From: Macrostomum lignano
Taxonomy: Eukaryota
Assembly (NCBI GenBank): GCA_002269645.1
Contig: NIVC01000230.1
Span: 248,001-312,000, forward strand
Length of the DNA: 64,000 nt
Reading direction: 5' to 3'
The notes under the pieces were generated by a model. It saw only the letters and a program-made list of their open reading frames with translations, was not told where the DNA came from and searched no databases. The translations under genes were made by a program, and so were the position numbers. Positions within the stretch are counted from its first letter, which is position 1; each line of letters starts with the position of its first letter. This document shows, in pieces, positions 36,836-51,763 of this stretch.

Positions 36836-37189
36836 GCTCTCCTCTCCTATCTCTCCTCTCCTATCTCTCCTCTCTTATCTCTCCTCTCCTATCTCTCCTC
36901 TCCTATCTCTACTCTCCTGTCTCTCCTCTCCTATCTCTCCTCTCCTATCTCTCCTCTCCTATCTCTCCTTTCCTATCTCTCCTCTCCTATCTCTCCTCTC
37001 TTATCTCTCCTCTCCTATCTCTCCTCTCCTATCTCTACTCTCCTGTCTCTCCTCTCCTATCTCTCCTCTCCTATCTCTCCTCTCCTATCTCTCCTCTCCT
37101 ATCTCTCCTCTCCTATCTCTCCTCTCCTATCTCTCCTCTCCTATCTCTCCTCTCCTATCTCTCCTCTCTTATCTCTCCTCTCCTCTCCC
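36836..37189. repeat. 14-bp CT-rich tandem repeat
   Basis: (CTCTCCTCTCCTAT)n, ~25 copies. Confidence 0.95.
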
Positions 37190-38372
37190 ATCTGAAGAAA
37201 GCTAACCCTGAAGTAAGCGCCTCTGCCTAAGCCTTCGCAGCATCACAACAATTAGACTTAGATGCTGGATTCCACAGTGCAAAAAATCGATATTCTCATA
37301 CCACTCTAATGGGCTTTCAGTTTCCTTAGAAATTCCTTTATTCTAACCACTTCGATAGATCGATTTTTAGACTAAAAGATTGTATGCTGTTGCTGAAAAA
37401 AAAGTTTTTTTCCTGGATTTTTTCCCAACCCCCTCTCTCTCTTTCCTGCCCACGATGCGTCTCTATCGATCGATTGAATCGTAGCCCTGTCTCATACTAT
37501 TTTCACTTCCTAGCTACATACACTCATACTAGCTATTGTTTATATTCATTCTATCAATGCGACCCAGAGCCGGAAGAAGAGTCTGGAAGTAACAACTGCT
37601 TTCCCATAAAACCTCCCTCCATGTTCAGACAACTGTAGGCTGATTTCAGTTTTTTCTCTGCTTAGATCACGGATGGGCAACTTTCTGTATTTTCAGTTAC
37701 AAATTCTGCAACACAGACCGGCCAGCTCAAGGTTTGTGTCTCTTCTCTCTTCTCTCCTGTCTCCTGTCTTCTTTCCTCCTTCTCGTCTCCCCTCTCTCCT
37801 CTCCACTCTCTCCTCTCATTTCTTTTCTTTCCCCTTTTATCTTGTCAATTCCCTCATTTCCTCTCCCCTCCCCAACCGGCCCTTGGAATAATAAAGTTTG
37901 CCGAACCTCCCTGTTCGAGGGGGACTCGGCACCCATGCTGCCCTGGTTTTCAATCTCCTTGATTCGATAAAGCAGGAATTTTCACCCTATTTCTCACCTA
38001 ATTCTAGTCTTAAGCCAGTAATTGCTGGCTAAGTATTTGTTGTATAGAAATGGAATGGGAGGAGGTTGAATCAGCTTGGTGGGGGAGTCGAGGTGGCATA
38101 GAGGGGGGGCGCCAACTAGGCTCTGGAAATGTTAATAATTGGAAAGGCGCTCTCGCCAGGTGGAAAGTAAACTCGGCACAATCTGTCGATCAGTTCTGCC
38201 TTCGCTCAGACACCCATGCACCTCCTATTAGACAAAAATAGGCAGCCAGGAATGCGGACACATTATTGCTATTTTATGAATTGGAAGAAGTCGCGTTATT
38301 TGTCCCTATATGAAGTGTTAGCTGAAATAATATAGGTGTTCTTTCGTGGAATAGAATTCAACTTCCTCAATA

Positions 38373-38871
38373 ATTCTGGCGCCAATCTGTTCTAGATTCT
38401 GGTGCCTCCTTGTTCTATATTCTGGCGCCTCTCTGTTCTAGACTCTGGCGCCTCTGCTCAAGATTCTGGCGCCTCCCTTGTTCTAGATTCTGGCGCCAAT
38501 CTGTTCTAGACTCTGGTGCCTCTCTGTTCTAGACTCTGGCTCCTCTCTGTTCTAGACTCTGGCGCCTCTCTGTTCTAGATGCTGGCGCCTCCCTTGTTCT
38601 AGACTCTGGCACTTATCTGTTCTAGATTCTGGCACCTCTCTGTTCTAGATTCTGGCGCCTCCCTTGTTCTAGATTCTGGCGCCTCCCTTGTTCTAGATTC
38701 TGGCGCCTCCCTTGTTCTAGATTCTGGTGCCTCTCTGTTCTAGATTCTGGCACCTCTCTGTTCTAGATTCTGGCACCTCTCTGTTCTAGATTCTGGCGCC
38801 TCCCTTGTTCTAGATTCTGGCGCCTCCCTTGTTCTAGATTCTGGTGCCTCTCTGTTCTAGATTCTGGCGCC
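38373..38871. repeat. 24-bp minisatellite (CTAGATTCTGGCGCC family)
   Basis: Unit CTAGATTCTGGCGCCTC(C/T)CT(T)GTT, ~20 copies; related to the array at 46824-47220. Confidence 0.95.
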
Positions 38872-39661
38872 TTAATATTCAAAAATATCATTTTTATTTA
38901 ATTTTCCTATGATAAATAAATTATTCGTTATCTTTAGCATTAAGCAGTGCTCAAATACCGAGAGCACATCTACCAGTGAAGCAGTTTTGGCTAGTTCACT
39001 GCGGTCCAATATTGATTTCGCAATAGAAATCTAATTTCATTTTGGCGATAAAATCTATACAAGCTTGCTGACCAAAACTCGAGACAGACAGACAGAGACA
39101 GACTCGCTCGTCAAAACCTGTTGCTCCGCTTCCCTAAAATATTTTTGATCAGGGATTTGGGGAATTACGCAATTCTCCCTACATGCAACTAACTAAGCCC
39201 TCAAGTTCGGTTCGGGCCTCGACGAAAGCTGAACCAACTCGTGAGAGAGCGGAGCTACTCAGCTCCATAATGAGGAGAAAACCAGGGGTTAGGGAGGGTT
39301 GGGGGGACAGACAGGAGTTGAAAAACCGCGGTAGAGAAGCTGATTGGCATCTCGAAGATGAGCTCGCGAAAAATGAGCCGAGGGCTTAGAGACAGACATG
39401 CCGAGAGGGCGAGCCTGAAGATCTGCATGGCTGAAGTCTGATGGTAGCCAGAGAATGAGTGATAACATCAGCGTTGAACAGCCTGTCAAAAACTCTCACT
39501 GCTGTGTTTCTTTGGCCATGTCAGCTCGAGTTGCGCTCTCGCTGTGAGTTGTTTTTTCTAAATAAAATATGCCAAATCTCATCCAATATTCTGCCGCATC
39601 TGCTGCCTCTCTCGGTCTGGGACTGCCACCTGTTGGGGGATTTCATGTCTATCTGTATATT

Positions 39662-40448
<787 letters not shown>

Positions 40449-41092
40449 GTCTAGGCTCTGGTAAGAACCGCTGAAGAACCTCAGTGCTGGCAACCCTTAG
40501 CCACGAAGAAGTGCCCCCTGAAGTGGGGAATGGGATAAAGAAGTTGAAGAGCTGCGAGTCCCTATTGTGCAGACTTATAGCTGTGTAACAAAGGAACCCA
40601 ACGGCAGCAGCAGTATTATATATTGACAAGAAGTTTTTTCTCAACCTCTTCAGGAAGCGAGAGGCAACACCTTGTCCTTGCTGGCTGTGCTCAGCCATGG
40701 TCTGCACTGGGCCAGATACTCCCTAGCCAGGCATAGCAGGAAGCGACTCAGCGTGAGTCGGACAGAGTAAGTGGGCGGGGGCGCCCGGGCCCGGTGGAAC
40801 AATGGGGAGGAGACGAGAGCAGGAGAGCTATAAGGAAAGGAAATAATGGGACAGCGGACTGACAGCCTTCAACTGTTGTGGCCACTCACGCGATGCTTCA
40901 GGGCGGGCGATGGGCCTGTCAGTGACTCATATTTAGTTATTATAATAATGCGTGCTTTTTCTATCTATCTACCTACATTCACACGTTTTTTCTTGCGTGT
41001 GCTAAAGGCTTCATAATCAGTTAGGGTAGTCTTTCCCGTACTAGACTATATTCATATGCTGGGCAAGGTAAAGACTGGGTATTAATTACTGG

Positions 41093-41410
<318 letters not shown>

Positions 41411-41426
41411 GCAGACCCCTGCTCAC

Positions 41427-41640
41427 CAGGCAGCTTGGCGCAGTCGATCCTGTCAGGCCAGCCGAATCCGTACTGCCTCATCAGCGGTGCGCAGCCTCTC
41501 TTGGCCCGCTCGCAGACGGAGCGGCAGGCCGGCAGGTGTCTGTCGTAGTTCTCCATGCAGATCGGAGCGTACATGCTGCACAGGAAGAATCTCAGGTCCT
41601 GGCTGCAGCCGATCTCAATCAGCGGCCAAAACTGATGAAC
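41427..41640 (-). CDS. FZD5/8: Frizzled-5/8, exon 2 (CRD, second part)
   Basis: atgcAG|[28 protein letters not shown]...[36 protein letters not shown]|GTGAGC; FZD5/8-type CRD. Confidence 0.97.
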
Positions 41641-42034
41641 CTGCATGGCATGTCGGGTTTGAGGCGAGCATGGAAATTAAAAGTGCAAAACACTGCAATG
41701 TCGGCTACAGTGCGGCTAAATAAGGGGCGCGAATGCCTCTATTTTTCTATCCTCACTCCGAACTCGGTGCTCGAATAAACGCTCTTGGGAATATCCTGGA
41801 CCACTTTTTCTCTATCCAACTCCGTAGCAACAGCATCATTAGTAGAGTCGAGGCTCCAACACACTTGGCTTGGTTCCAAAACTCTGTATTTGTGTTGGTA
41901 GCCAAAATGAGTTAGGCGTGCGACTATACTGAGTTGCAGAAATTGGCAGAAATTCTGCGAATTAGGGGCCTCGGACTGACTGCTTTTTTGTCGAGGGTTG
42001 TCGGAATTTTGCTTCCATGTATGGATAGATTGAC

Positions 42035-43117
42035 TAGAGATTCTGTAATGGACTCTCACAGCTGTAACTAGATGAGAATAGAGATTCTATTGTGGACTCT
42101 CACAGCTGTAAATAGATGAGAATAGAGATTCTATTGTGGACTCTCACAGCGGTAACTAGATGAGAATAGAGATTCTGTCATGGACTCTCACAGCTGTAAC
42201 TAGATGAGAATAGAGATTCTGTCATGGACTCTCACAGCTGTAACTAGATGAGAATAGAGATTCTATTGTGGACTCTCACAGCGGTAACTAGATGAGAATA
42301 GAGATTCTGTCGTGGACTCTCACAGCTGTAACTAGATGAGAATAGAGATTCTGTCATGGACTCTCACAGCTGTAACTAGATGAGAATAGAGATTCTGTCA
42401 TGGACTCTCACAGCTGTAACTAGATGAGAATAGAGATTCTGTTGTGGACTCTCACAACTGTAAATAGATGAGAATAGAGATTCTGTCATGGACTCTCACA
42501 GCTGTAACTAGATGAGAATAGAGATTCTGTCATGGACTCTCACAGCTGTAACTAGATGAGAATAGAGATTCTGTCATGGACTCTCACAGCTGTAACTAGA
42601 TGAGAATAGAGATTCTTTTGTGGACTCTCACAGCTGTAACTAGATGAGAATAGAGATTCTGTTATGGACTCTCACAGCGGTAACTAGATGAGAATAGAGA
42701 TTCTGTCATGGACTCTCACAGCTGTAACTAGATGAGAATAGAGATTCTGTCATGGACTCTCACAGCTGTAACTAGATGAGAATAGAGATTCTATTGTGGA
42801 CTCTCACAGCTGTAACTAGATGAGAATAGAGATTCTTTTGTGGACTCTCACAGCTGTAAATAGATGAGAATAGAGATTCTTTTGTGGACTCTCACAGCTG
42901 TAACTAGATGAGAATAGAGATTCTGTCATGGACTCTCACAGCTGTAACTAGATGAGAATAGAGATTCTGTCATGGACTCTCACAGCTGTAACTAGATGAG
43001 AATAGAGATTCTGTCATGGACTCTCACAGCTGTAACTAGATGAGAATAGAGATTCTGTCATGGACTCTCACTGCTGTAAATAGATGAGAATAGAGATTCT
43101 GTCGTGGACTCTCACAG
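42035..43117. repeat. 44-bp minisatellite in Frizzled intron 1
   Basis: Unit TAGATGAGAATAGAGATTCTGTCATGGACTCTCACAGCTGTAAC, ~24.5 copies. Confidence 0.98.
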
Positions 43118-43890
43118 AAGCTCCCGCTGTAAAATCCGTTAACCCAAGCAAACCCTCATGACAGTCTTTGACTCCATCAAAATTCCCACTCAAATTGATC
43201 AAATTTCAAATAGATTTCAAACCCGCTAGCTAAAAAATAATATCAAATAACCTATCGTTAATTGTGCCTCTGAATAATTCTGTTAAAAGGAATCTGTCTG
43301 CCTGTCCCAGTCGAACCTGATGATGTAACCAGTCGCCATAACACGCTGACTAAATATTACAAAGAGAATATGCCCGTCAGATGTAATATAAGAACCCCAC
43401 AGCTGGGTGTGGGTTTGGGTTGCTTATGCTCGTTCAAGTGGTCTTTCTAACTTCTATGTATATGTAGGCATACCCATACAGTAATATGTATGCGCAAGCG
43501 ATTTTATTTAATAATATAAGAAGAATTCCCACCCCCTCCTCGAGACCAAGGGGAACTCAAGAGGTCCGCATGGACATGCTTGTATTGCATGGTCTGGGCG
43601 CGGTCTGATTTAAAGGAATATTTTTAATTCTTTTTCTGCCTCCCTCCGCGGGGAGTTGAAGAGGGCTTCTGTCTAAGAAGGACCCACTTGGACATATGCG
43701 GCCTGTCCAGTCGCTCTGCAATGGCAGGCCTCGTCAATAGTCACTTTATATAGCATAGTCTATATCAGCACTCTCTATCTATAAAATATTCAGCAAAATC
43801 TTTTCTATTCTTTCCTCCCTGTCTCTTGGTCCAAAGTTTTTTTCTTGGCATAGGAGCAAATTCCGACGAATATTGATTGGAATTACTGCG

Positions 43891-44739
43891 GGGGGATTGG
43901 GTAGATAGATTGTGGAGATTGGGTAGACAGATTGGGTAGATTTGGGTAGACAGATTGGGGAGATTGGGTAGACAGATTGGGTAGATTTGGGTAGACAGAT
44001 TGGGGAGATTGGGTAGACACATTGGGTAGATTTGGGTAGATAGATTGGGGAGATTGGGTAGACACATTGGGTAGATTTGGGTAGACAGATTGGGGAGATT
44101 GGGTAGACAGATTGGGGAGATTGGGTAGACACATTGGGTAGATTTGGGTAGATAGATTGGGGAGATTGGGTAGACACATTGGGTAGATTTGGGTAGACAG
44201 ATTGGGGAGATTGGGTAGACAGATTGGGGAGATTGGGTAGACACATTGGGTAGATTTGGGTAGACAGATTGGGGAGATTGGGTAGACAGATTGGGGAGAT
44301 TGGGTAGACACATTGGGTAGATTTGGGTAGACAGATTGGGGAGATTGGGTAGATAGATTGGGGAGATTGGGTAGACACATTGGGTAGATTTGGGTAGACA
44401 GATTGTGAGGATAGGGTAGACAAATTGGGTGGACAGATTGGGTAGACAGATTGGGGGGATTGGGTAGACAGATTGGGGAGACAGATTGGGTAGACAGATT
44501 GGGTAGACAGATTGGGTGGACAGATTGGGTAGACAGATTGGGGGGATTGGGTAGACAGATTGGGTAGACAGATTGGGGAGACAGATTGGGTAGACAGATT
44601 GGGTGGACAGATTGGGGAGACAGATTGGGTAGATTGGGTAGATTGGGTAGATTGGGTAGATTGGGTAGATTGGGTAGATTGGGTAGATTGGGTAGATTGG
44701 GTAGATTGGGTAGATTGGGTAGATTGGGTAGATTGGGTA
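43891..44739. repeat. G-tract-rich compound repeat ending in (GATTGGGTA)n
   Basis: Modules GATTGGGTAGACA, GATTGGGGA and GATTTGGGTA; ends in about 12 pure 9-mers, ~70 bp from the exon-1 donor. Confidence 0.96.
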
Positions 44740-44808
44740 AGGAAGATTTGGTGAAGGAATCTACGAGCTCAGCGTAGTAAAAATTCAACAAGAATCCGAA
44801 AGTCTCAC

Positions 44809-45030
44809 CTCAACCCCCGCTTCGTCCTGCGTCTCGTGGCCGAACTGGTTCGGCATGGATGTGTAGTTATAGCCGATGTCGATGCACATCGGAATGCTGA
44901 ACTTGCTGATGGCCTGGCAGCGCTTCGGACTGGACAGGTCGGCTGCTGGAAGGGAGCTGCCCACACCGGACCGTTTGCCGTACCCGGACATGGCGGAGAT
45001 GGGGGCTGCATGCAGGGCCACGAACAGCAT
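44809..45030 (-). CDS. FZD5/8: Frizzled-5/8, exon 1 (signal peptide, CRD start)
   Basis: [14 protein letters not shown]...[38 protein letters not shown]|GTGAGA. Start codon uncertain: an acceptor ccctcAG at 45044 could attach an upstream exon. Confidence 0.9.
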
Positions 45031-45070
45031 GATGATGCTGGGCCTGAGGGTGGTGTGACAATGATGGATG

Positions 45071-45107
<37 letters not shown>

Positions 45108-46823
45108 TAGATAGCGAGAAAGAGCGAGCGAAGCGAGCTCTTTCGAGCTTGCTTGCCGCAGCCAATCAAGCTGAATGCACGCACACAAGATCACCGGAAA
45201 CGATTAAGGCAGCTGGAAAGCCAATGGGCGCGGTAAGCGCTTTTATCCAGAGGAACTACCTGCTGGAACCAGCCTGCCGTTCGAAAATCAGACTACTCAA
45301 GTAGTGCAAAAGATTGCGAGCAACTACCGAGAAATCTAATTTTCGTAACCGCTCCGGTGCAGGTCCTGGCAATAGATGGTAGATAGCGAGAAAGAGCGGA
45401 TTTCTCAAAGTGTGGATTCCCCAATGCAAACACGACAAAGTGTCTAAAAGTGGAGGCTGAGAGCGTTCAATATTTGAGCTTCATCAGCCGCGATGATGAT
45501 GCTGGCATCTGTATCATTCTCTCATTTTCCCAAATTCTTCCCAGGCCTAAATTGCCACCCATTCAGACACAGCAGCATTCTTCCCCATCCCTGATGAGGA
45601 ATGAGGCTCTGCAGCGCCTCAAACGTGGGGACTAAAAGCAGGATAGAGTTGAGAACGCAGGTAAATACTTCACATCTCCATCACAGGATGGTGTTGGGGA
45701 TTTCTCTCTATAATAGCGATCCATTTAGTAGATCCCAGAGCTACTAAAAGCTTCGGTTGGGATTTTTCACAACCCAGTGTTTGCCGAAGCATAATGGGGG
45801 TGGGGGGATGCATTGGGGTGGTGGGGGATGCGACTGGCCAAGTTGATGGACAGGGAGCAGAGGCTGATGGACAAAATGCAGGTATGATGCATGATGGGGC
45901 AGAGACAGAGAGAGAAGTGGCGCAGAGTAAGGAACTCAACGCTTGCAGGTCCCACAGCAGGCAGCTTTAGCAGCAGCAACAATATTCAACATTGGCCCCC
46001 CATGCAAGGACTTTGAAAAAATGAACGATTTTTTTGATTGACACACAATCTCTTTTTTTCTGGCACTGGGGGCGGCCACGCTACTACTAATGGGTGCTCT
46101 TAGTTTTTTGTTATATTTTATAGCTACCTAATGGGAGTGGCTGAATCTCTACATATTTCTGAGCATAGTTCGTTAGTCAACCTTTTTGCATGCATGACTC
46201 ATACGCCAATTGAGGTCTCTTAACAAATGCAAGTTGGTTGGACCAATTTTTCTGGAGTTAGGGACCGGTAATTAAATTTTCCAACCAGCGGAGGCTGGGG
46301 AATCGGATAGTTTTGATGAGGATCGAACTGGGACAATTTCAGCTACTATAGCAGCTTTGCATAGGTGTCAATCAATTACACGGTTCCAGTTCGAAAGAAG
46401 AAAAAAAGCAGAGTTCTGCAGTGACTAGATCGAATCTGACAGGCGTCCAAGCATCTCCACCCAGATCCCGGATGGACGCGACCGATCTTGCTGCGTTGAG
46501 TCACCGTGACTACAGGCGGTGACACATGAGATAATCCAGTCAGTAGGATATGCAGATTTCGTGGTTCGAGTTTGAGAATGGAGGGATTCGCAAATGAAGT
46601 TACAAGCGTGGTAGCTCGACTTCAAGGCTTCAAGGCAACTTCTACCGTTCGTTTTCTCTGCCCTCATGGGGAATGGCATTATTGATAGGTCTGAGTCATT
46701 GATGATTTGGATGGGAATTTAATTCGCTTGGAGATTAATAAGCACATTAGTCGGTTAGTTGTTTCCATGTTTCGTTAAGGTAAATCAACCAACACGCAAC
46801 TTCATGTTGCCATTTCCTAGTTT

Positions 46824-47220
46824 CTAGAGATCTGGCACCGTTCTGGCGCCTCCTATTTCTAAATTCTGGCGTCTCCCAGTATTGAATTCTGGCGCCAATG
46901 TGCTCTAGATTCTGGCGCCTCCCTGTTCTGAATTCTGGCGCTAATCTGCTCTAGATTCTGGCGCCCCCTCGATCTAGATTCTGGCGTCTCCCGGTTCTAG
47001 ATTCTGGCACCAATTTCCTCTAGATTCTTGCGCCATTCTACTCTAGATTCTGGCGCCATTCTACTCTAGATTCTGGCGCCATTCTACTCTAGATTATGGC
47101 GCCATTCTACTCTAGATTATGGCGCCATTCTACTCTAGATTATGGCACCATTCTACTCTAGATTCCGGCGCCATTCTACTCTAGATTCCGGCGCCATTCT
47201 ACTCTAGATTCTGGCGCCCC
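46824..47220. repeat. 23-bp minisatellite (CTAGATTCTGGCGCC family)
   Basis: Unit CTAGATTCTGGCGCCATTCTACT; degenerate on the left, homogeneous on the right. Confidence 0.93.
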
Positions 47221-47994
47221 TCTGTACTAGATGAGAGAAAGCATTTAATGAACTTTAATATATCCATCATTCCGCAATGCCTTTGTCTGCCTATTAACCC
47301 AGATGATATGTAGGCAAGTGTCACAACCTGATCCTTCAAGAATATATATTTCATTGCCATCACTGCCCTTCTGTCTTTGCATAAGCGCCTTAGCACGACC
47401 CCCCCCCGCAGAATCAGAAGTCAGTCTGTCAGTCAGTCTGCCTGTCTAATTTATAAACAAAGACTTACACAGGTGATTCCTTCAACCATATTATGGTGCA
47501 GCAAGCTGACTGATATGCTATAGCATTGGTAGACACATTTATAACTTTACAACTTATTAAATGCACTACGGGTGGGTGGCAGCTTGGTTGATTGACGCTT
47601 GCAATGATATCCAGATTTCAATCAGCATACTTGATTAATTTAACTAATATATACGTTATCAAAGATCTGGGTGGAATTGAACCTGTTTAAAATTTCTTAT
47701 TCAATGTCTGTGAATGGTCATCGTTTGCATGCTTACATTATTGTATGTATAGATTTTAGCTGGCGTTAAAATTCTAGCCTGAATTTAATTTCATTATTAA
47801 CTTAACTTAACTTAACTACTCTACGAAACGGTAATGATAAGGATATTTGGTTGCACGGCAAAGTTAATTAAAATTAATGTCTGTGCATTTACAATCATGC
47901 TTGCGTGTTGACTGCCATCTCAAAATGCTTTTGTGAGGGTTTAAATTGTCATCTATGAAATCAATATTTTATGTGGTAGGATTAAAAATAAGCG

Positions 47995-48417
47995 AGGAAC
48001 AGAGGGAGATAGGGAGAGATAGAAGAGACAACAGAGGCAGTGGTAGAGGAAGAGCGAGGGATATAGGTAGAGGTTGAGGGAGAGGGAGAGGGAGAGGTTG
48101 AGGGAGAGGTTGAGGGAGAAAGGGGGAGAGGAAGAGGTAGACAGAGAGGTAGATGGAGAGGTAGATAGAGAATGAGAGGTAGAGGGAGAGGTAGATGGAG
48201 ATGGAGAGGGAGATGGAGAGGGAGGGATAGAGGGAGAGGTAGAGGGAGAGGTAGAGGGAGAGGTAGAGAGAGAGGTAGATGGAGAGGTAGATGGAGAGGT
48301 AGATGAAGATGGAGAGGGAGAGGTAGAGGGAGAGGGAGAGGTAGAGGGAGAGGTAGATGAAGATGGAGAGGGAGAGGTAGAGGGAGAGGGAGAGGTAGAG
48401 GGAGAGGTAGATGAAGA
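47995..48417. repeat. Purine-rich low-complexity repeat
   Basis: GAGGTAGAGGGA / GAGGTAGATGGA modules. Confidence 0.92.
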
Positions 48418-49917
48418 GCGAACAAACAAATAACTGAGGAAAGTGAGGCAACCCAAACATAGTTATGTTCGAGAAAGGCAAGTTAAAAAAGAATAAAAGC
48501 TTGAACAAACCTATACTATCCTAACTTGGTTCCCATGCCCACCTCCCTAGCTCGTAAAAAATGAGCTGATTTAACGAATTGTCACGAACAGATTTCAATG
48601 CATCATCTAGAACTACATCTTGAATGAAAGCAAGCAATCTATAGATAGTTTTATAACATTATAGTTTGCATTCCAACAGCTGGTGCAGCTGGTATAGGTG
48701 GCCGGGTGGAAATTATATTTCCAATGTTGGAAAAAGTCAATCAAGCTCTCAGTGGAGGCGCCATAAATCCTCCATCAGTAATTGGTGTCCTGCTATTTCT
48801 GGTTTAGAGTTTTTGGTTGCTGTTGACACAGGGGACAGCGATGAAGCATCTGCTGGGGACTTGCAAGTGCGCTATTAGAGGAGAGAAGGATGTTTTTACA
48901 ACGCTGGGGGGAGGAGCATCCCGTCAGTGTTATCTGGGAATTTAAAATAAACTGTCTTTTGGAGAATGAAGTTTGTCTCTGCTAAAAGACCAGCTCTGCA
49001 TGCCTTCAACAGGTCACGTACAGATGAAGCTTGCCTCTGGGGAATCGAGCACCCACTTCTTGTGAAGATTTGGGAATTAGGATCTTGATGGATGGCATGT
49101 GTCTTTCAATTCTTTTCAAATCCTTTTAGGAATTGTTGCTGTAGCTTCTGTAAGAAAACTGTCTTGAAGAACAAGATTTTGTATTCAAAACTGATGGCTC
49201 ACCATTTTAGAGTCAAGATGAGCAGCTCCATTGACACGGCGGGGGGCTGGACAGGATTATGACGATCGAGCTGTTTCGATCAACCTTTAGTATTTTTATC
49301 GGAAAAAAAAGTATAACAATTTTTGCAGTTGTAAAACTCCTCTCTGAAGCCTGCTGTCAATCAAAACCTGTTTAGAGATAATTACGAATGCAATTTTGTC
49401 CTGTGGAGTTTATACTTTTTAAATAGCGACAGTGAATGAATGAATGATGCTGCTGTTAATGTTGATGGATGATGAAGCTTTAGCACGCTATAAAACTGAC
49501 AGGCAATTGCAATTTGATTGGCTGGAGCTGTGCGCCAGTCCTGTGCCACTCAGTAATAACTGTGGCCACACTGCACGCGACACAATGTCTCTCTCTCCTA
49601 CTGCACTGAAGAAATGAAAGTGGTGCAAGCTTTGGGTCATAACTTTGCCGAGAATCATTCTGGTTGGCTGGAGAGGACCAGGAGGACTGGGAATTGAAAT
49701 ATCAAGGAGATTTTGAAATAGAACTCCGGTTGAGAGAAACTTAAAGCATCGTTTTAAACTTTCGAATGCTGGACCGCAGGCAAAGCACTGATGCACACGC
49801 TCGATCAGCCATGTACACTCTCTGAATCCCTGGGACAAGACTAAGTAATCCTAAACGAAAAATTCTCATAATATTTTTTTGGAATTGGTGTTGTTTGTAA
49901 GTACTGACTTTTTGCGC

Positions 49918-50476
49918 TGCAGGCCACTCATTTTGGCGCCAAAGCATTCAATCATTTTTGGCGCCGAAGCAGGCCACTCATTTTGGCGCCGATGATGCAG
50001 GCCACTCATTTTGGCGCCGATGCAGGCTACTCATTTTGGCGCCGATGCAGGCCACTCATTTTGGCGCAGATGATGCAGGCCACTCATTTTGGCGCCGATG
50101 ATGCAGGCCACTCATTTTGGCGCAGATGATGCAGGCCACTCATTTTGGCGCAGATGATGCAGGCCACTCATTTTGGCGCCGATGCAGGCCACTCATTTTG
50201 GCACCGATGCAGGCTACTCATTTTGGCGCCGATGCAGGCTACTCATTTTGGCGCCGATGCAGGCTACTCATTTTGGCGCCGATGATGCAGGCCACTCATT
50301 TTGGCGCAGATGATGCAGGCCACTCATTTTGGCGCCGATGCAGGCCACTCATTTTGGCGCAGATGATGCAGGCCACTCATTTTGGCGCAGATGATGCAGG
50401 CCACTCATTTTGGCGCAGATGATGCAGGCCACTTATTTTGCCGCCGATGATACAGGCCACTCATTTTGGCGCCGAA
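49918..50476 (+). repeat. 22/25-bp minisatellite
   Basis: Unit (GAT)GATGCAGGCCACTCATTTTGGCGC(C/A), ~23 copies. Confidence 0.95.
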
Positions 50477-50918
50477 GCACTGAAGCAGGCAGTCAAAACC
50501 AAACAAATTTTGTTAAGGAGTTGACCACTCCAGACTTCTAGTTGAAGAGAGCGCCTTGTATTTCAACAGAAGTGAATCATTGACGCCAAGCGGGGTGAAG
50601 TGAGGAAAGAGTTGGGGGGGGGGGCTGCCTGCACCGGGGTTGGGCGTGGAGCGCATTTGATTGACAGGGGTTAAGAGGGGCCAAGCTAGCTAAGGGGGCC
50701 AGAGAGAGAGAGAGAGCCCAGGGTGAAAAAAATGGAGCCTTTAGGGCTGTATTAGACTGTGGAGAGGCCATTAAAATCGCCTGGTAGCAGACAGGAGCAG
50801 ACAGCAGCAGCAGCAGCCGAGGTGGCGTGGTGGGAAGGTGGAGAAAAGAGAGCTGCAGAGCTGGACCTCTTAAGGAGAACAATAGATGTGGAGCACTGCA
50901 TGGCAGACAGCCAGCTCT

Positions 50919-50949
<31 letters not shown>

Positions 50950-51763
50950 TGAGAGGTCATACAGCTTTATAGCAGTTTAGCATGTCAGTGGTCTCAAACT
51001 CACAAGTGGGTTTTCCTTTGCTGTCAGTCATTCTTAATTTTCTTACGCAGTTTAGTAGCTTCTATACTCCATTGTGTTGTAGTGTAAAAAAGTATAACGT
51101 TTAGCCAATACAATGTGAGCTGCGATTTTGCAGTTGTATAGTTTCTATATGAAGAGCGAGTATTTAAAAAAAGGATTTCATTCTAAAGACACTTGGACAA
51201 CTTCTTATTTAGGCTATTGTAATTGAATAGCCAAGCTGGATTTTTAGATGGGTGGGCGGAGTGGTAGGCAGGTAGGTATGAATGTATCAGCCCAGTCAGT
51301 ATGAGTAAAGAATTTAAAAGTGGGTGCGAGTGGCCTGAAAACTGCTACTGAATACGGAAAAAGCAACATTTATTTTTCTTAGTAGTTGGTGCTCGAATTT
51401 ATTGATGCTAATCCTCTTATATAAAAATTTCAGTCTTGTCTTGGTATTTCTGTTCTTTTTTCGTTCTTTCAAGTTTCATTCCGAAAATTAATTGTGTTTA
51501 ATTCAACTTACTTCAGTACAATTTTTCTTTCACAGATCGGATAGTTGACAAAGCATGCAAATAGCTCTACTACAAGTAGTTTACGCTTGTTTTACAAGTT
51601 TAGCACACAATTATTGCTTTATTTAATAAAAATTGGTGTGAGTAAAGAACTCAATAAAGTCGTATAAAATGAATTAATAATTGTTTTAACACCGTTTTGT
51701 CATTTTTAGGTAATATTTACGATTGATGTTGATGAAATTTTGATTTTAGCAAGGGCTGTTAAC

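Noticed and set aside
42035-43117. Regular 44-bp and 32-bp arrays as possible CRISPR arrays
   Set aside because: Contiguous tandem units with no unique spacers, no cas genes, eukaryotic intronic context.
45031-45165. N-terminal extension of Frizzled in the ORF track (MAAASKL...SIYLSIYL)
   Set aside because: Starts at TTG and reads through a (GATA)n tract; more likely intron or UTR, with an acceptor at 45044.
45591-45640. CTGATGAG hammerhead-ribozyme core
   Set aside because: No stem II followed by GAAA and no stems I/III.
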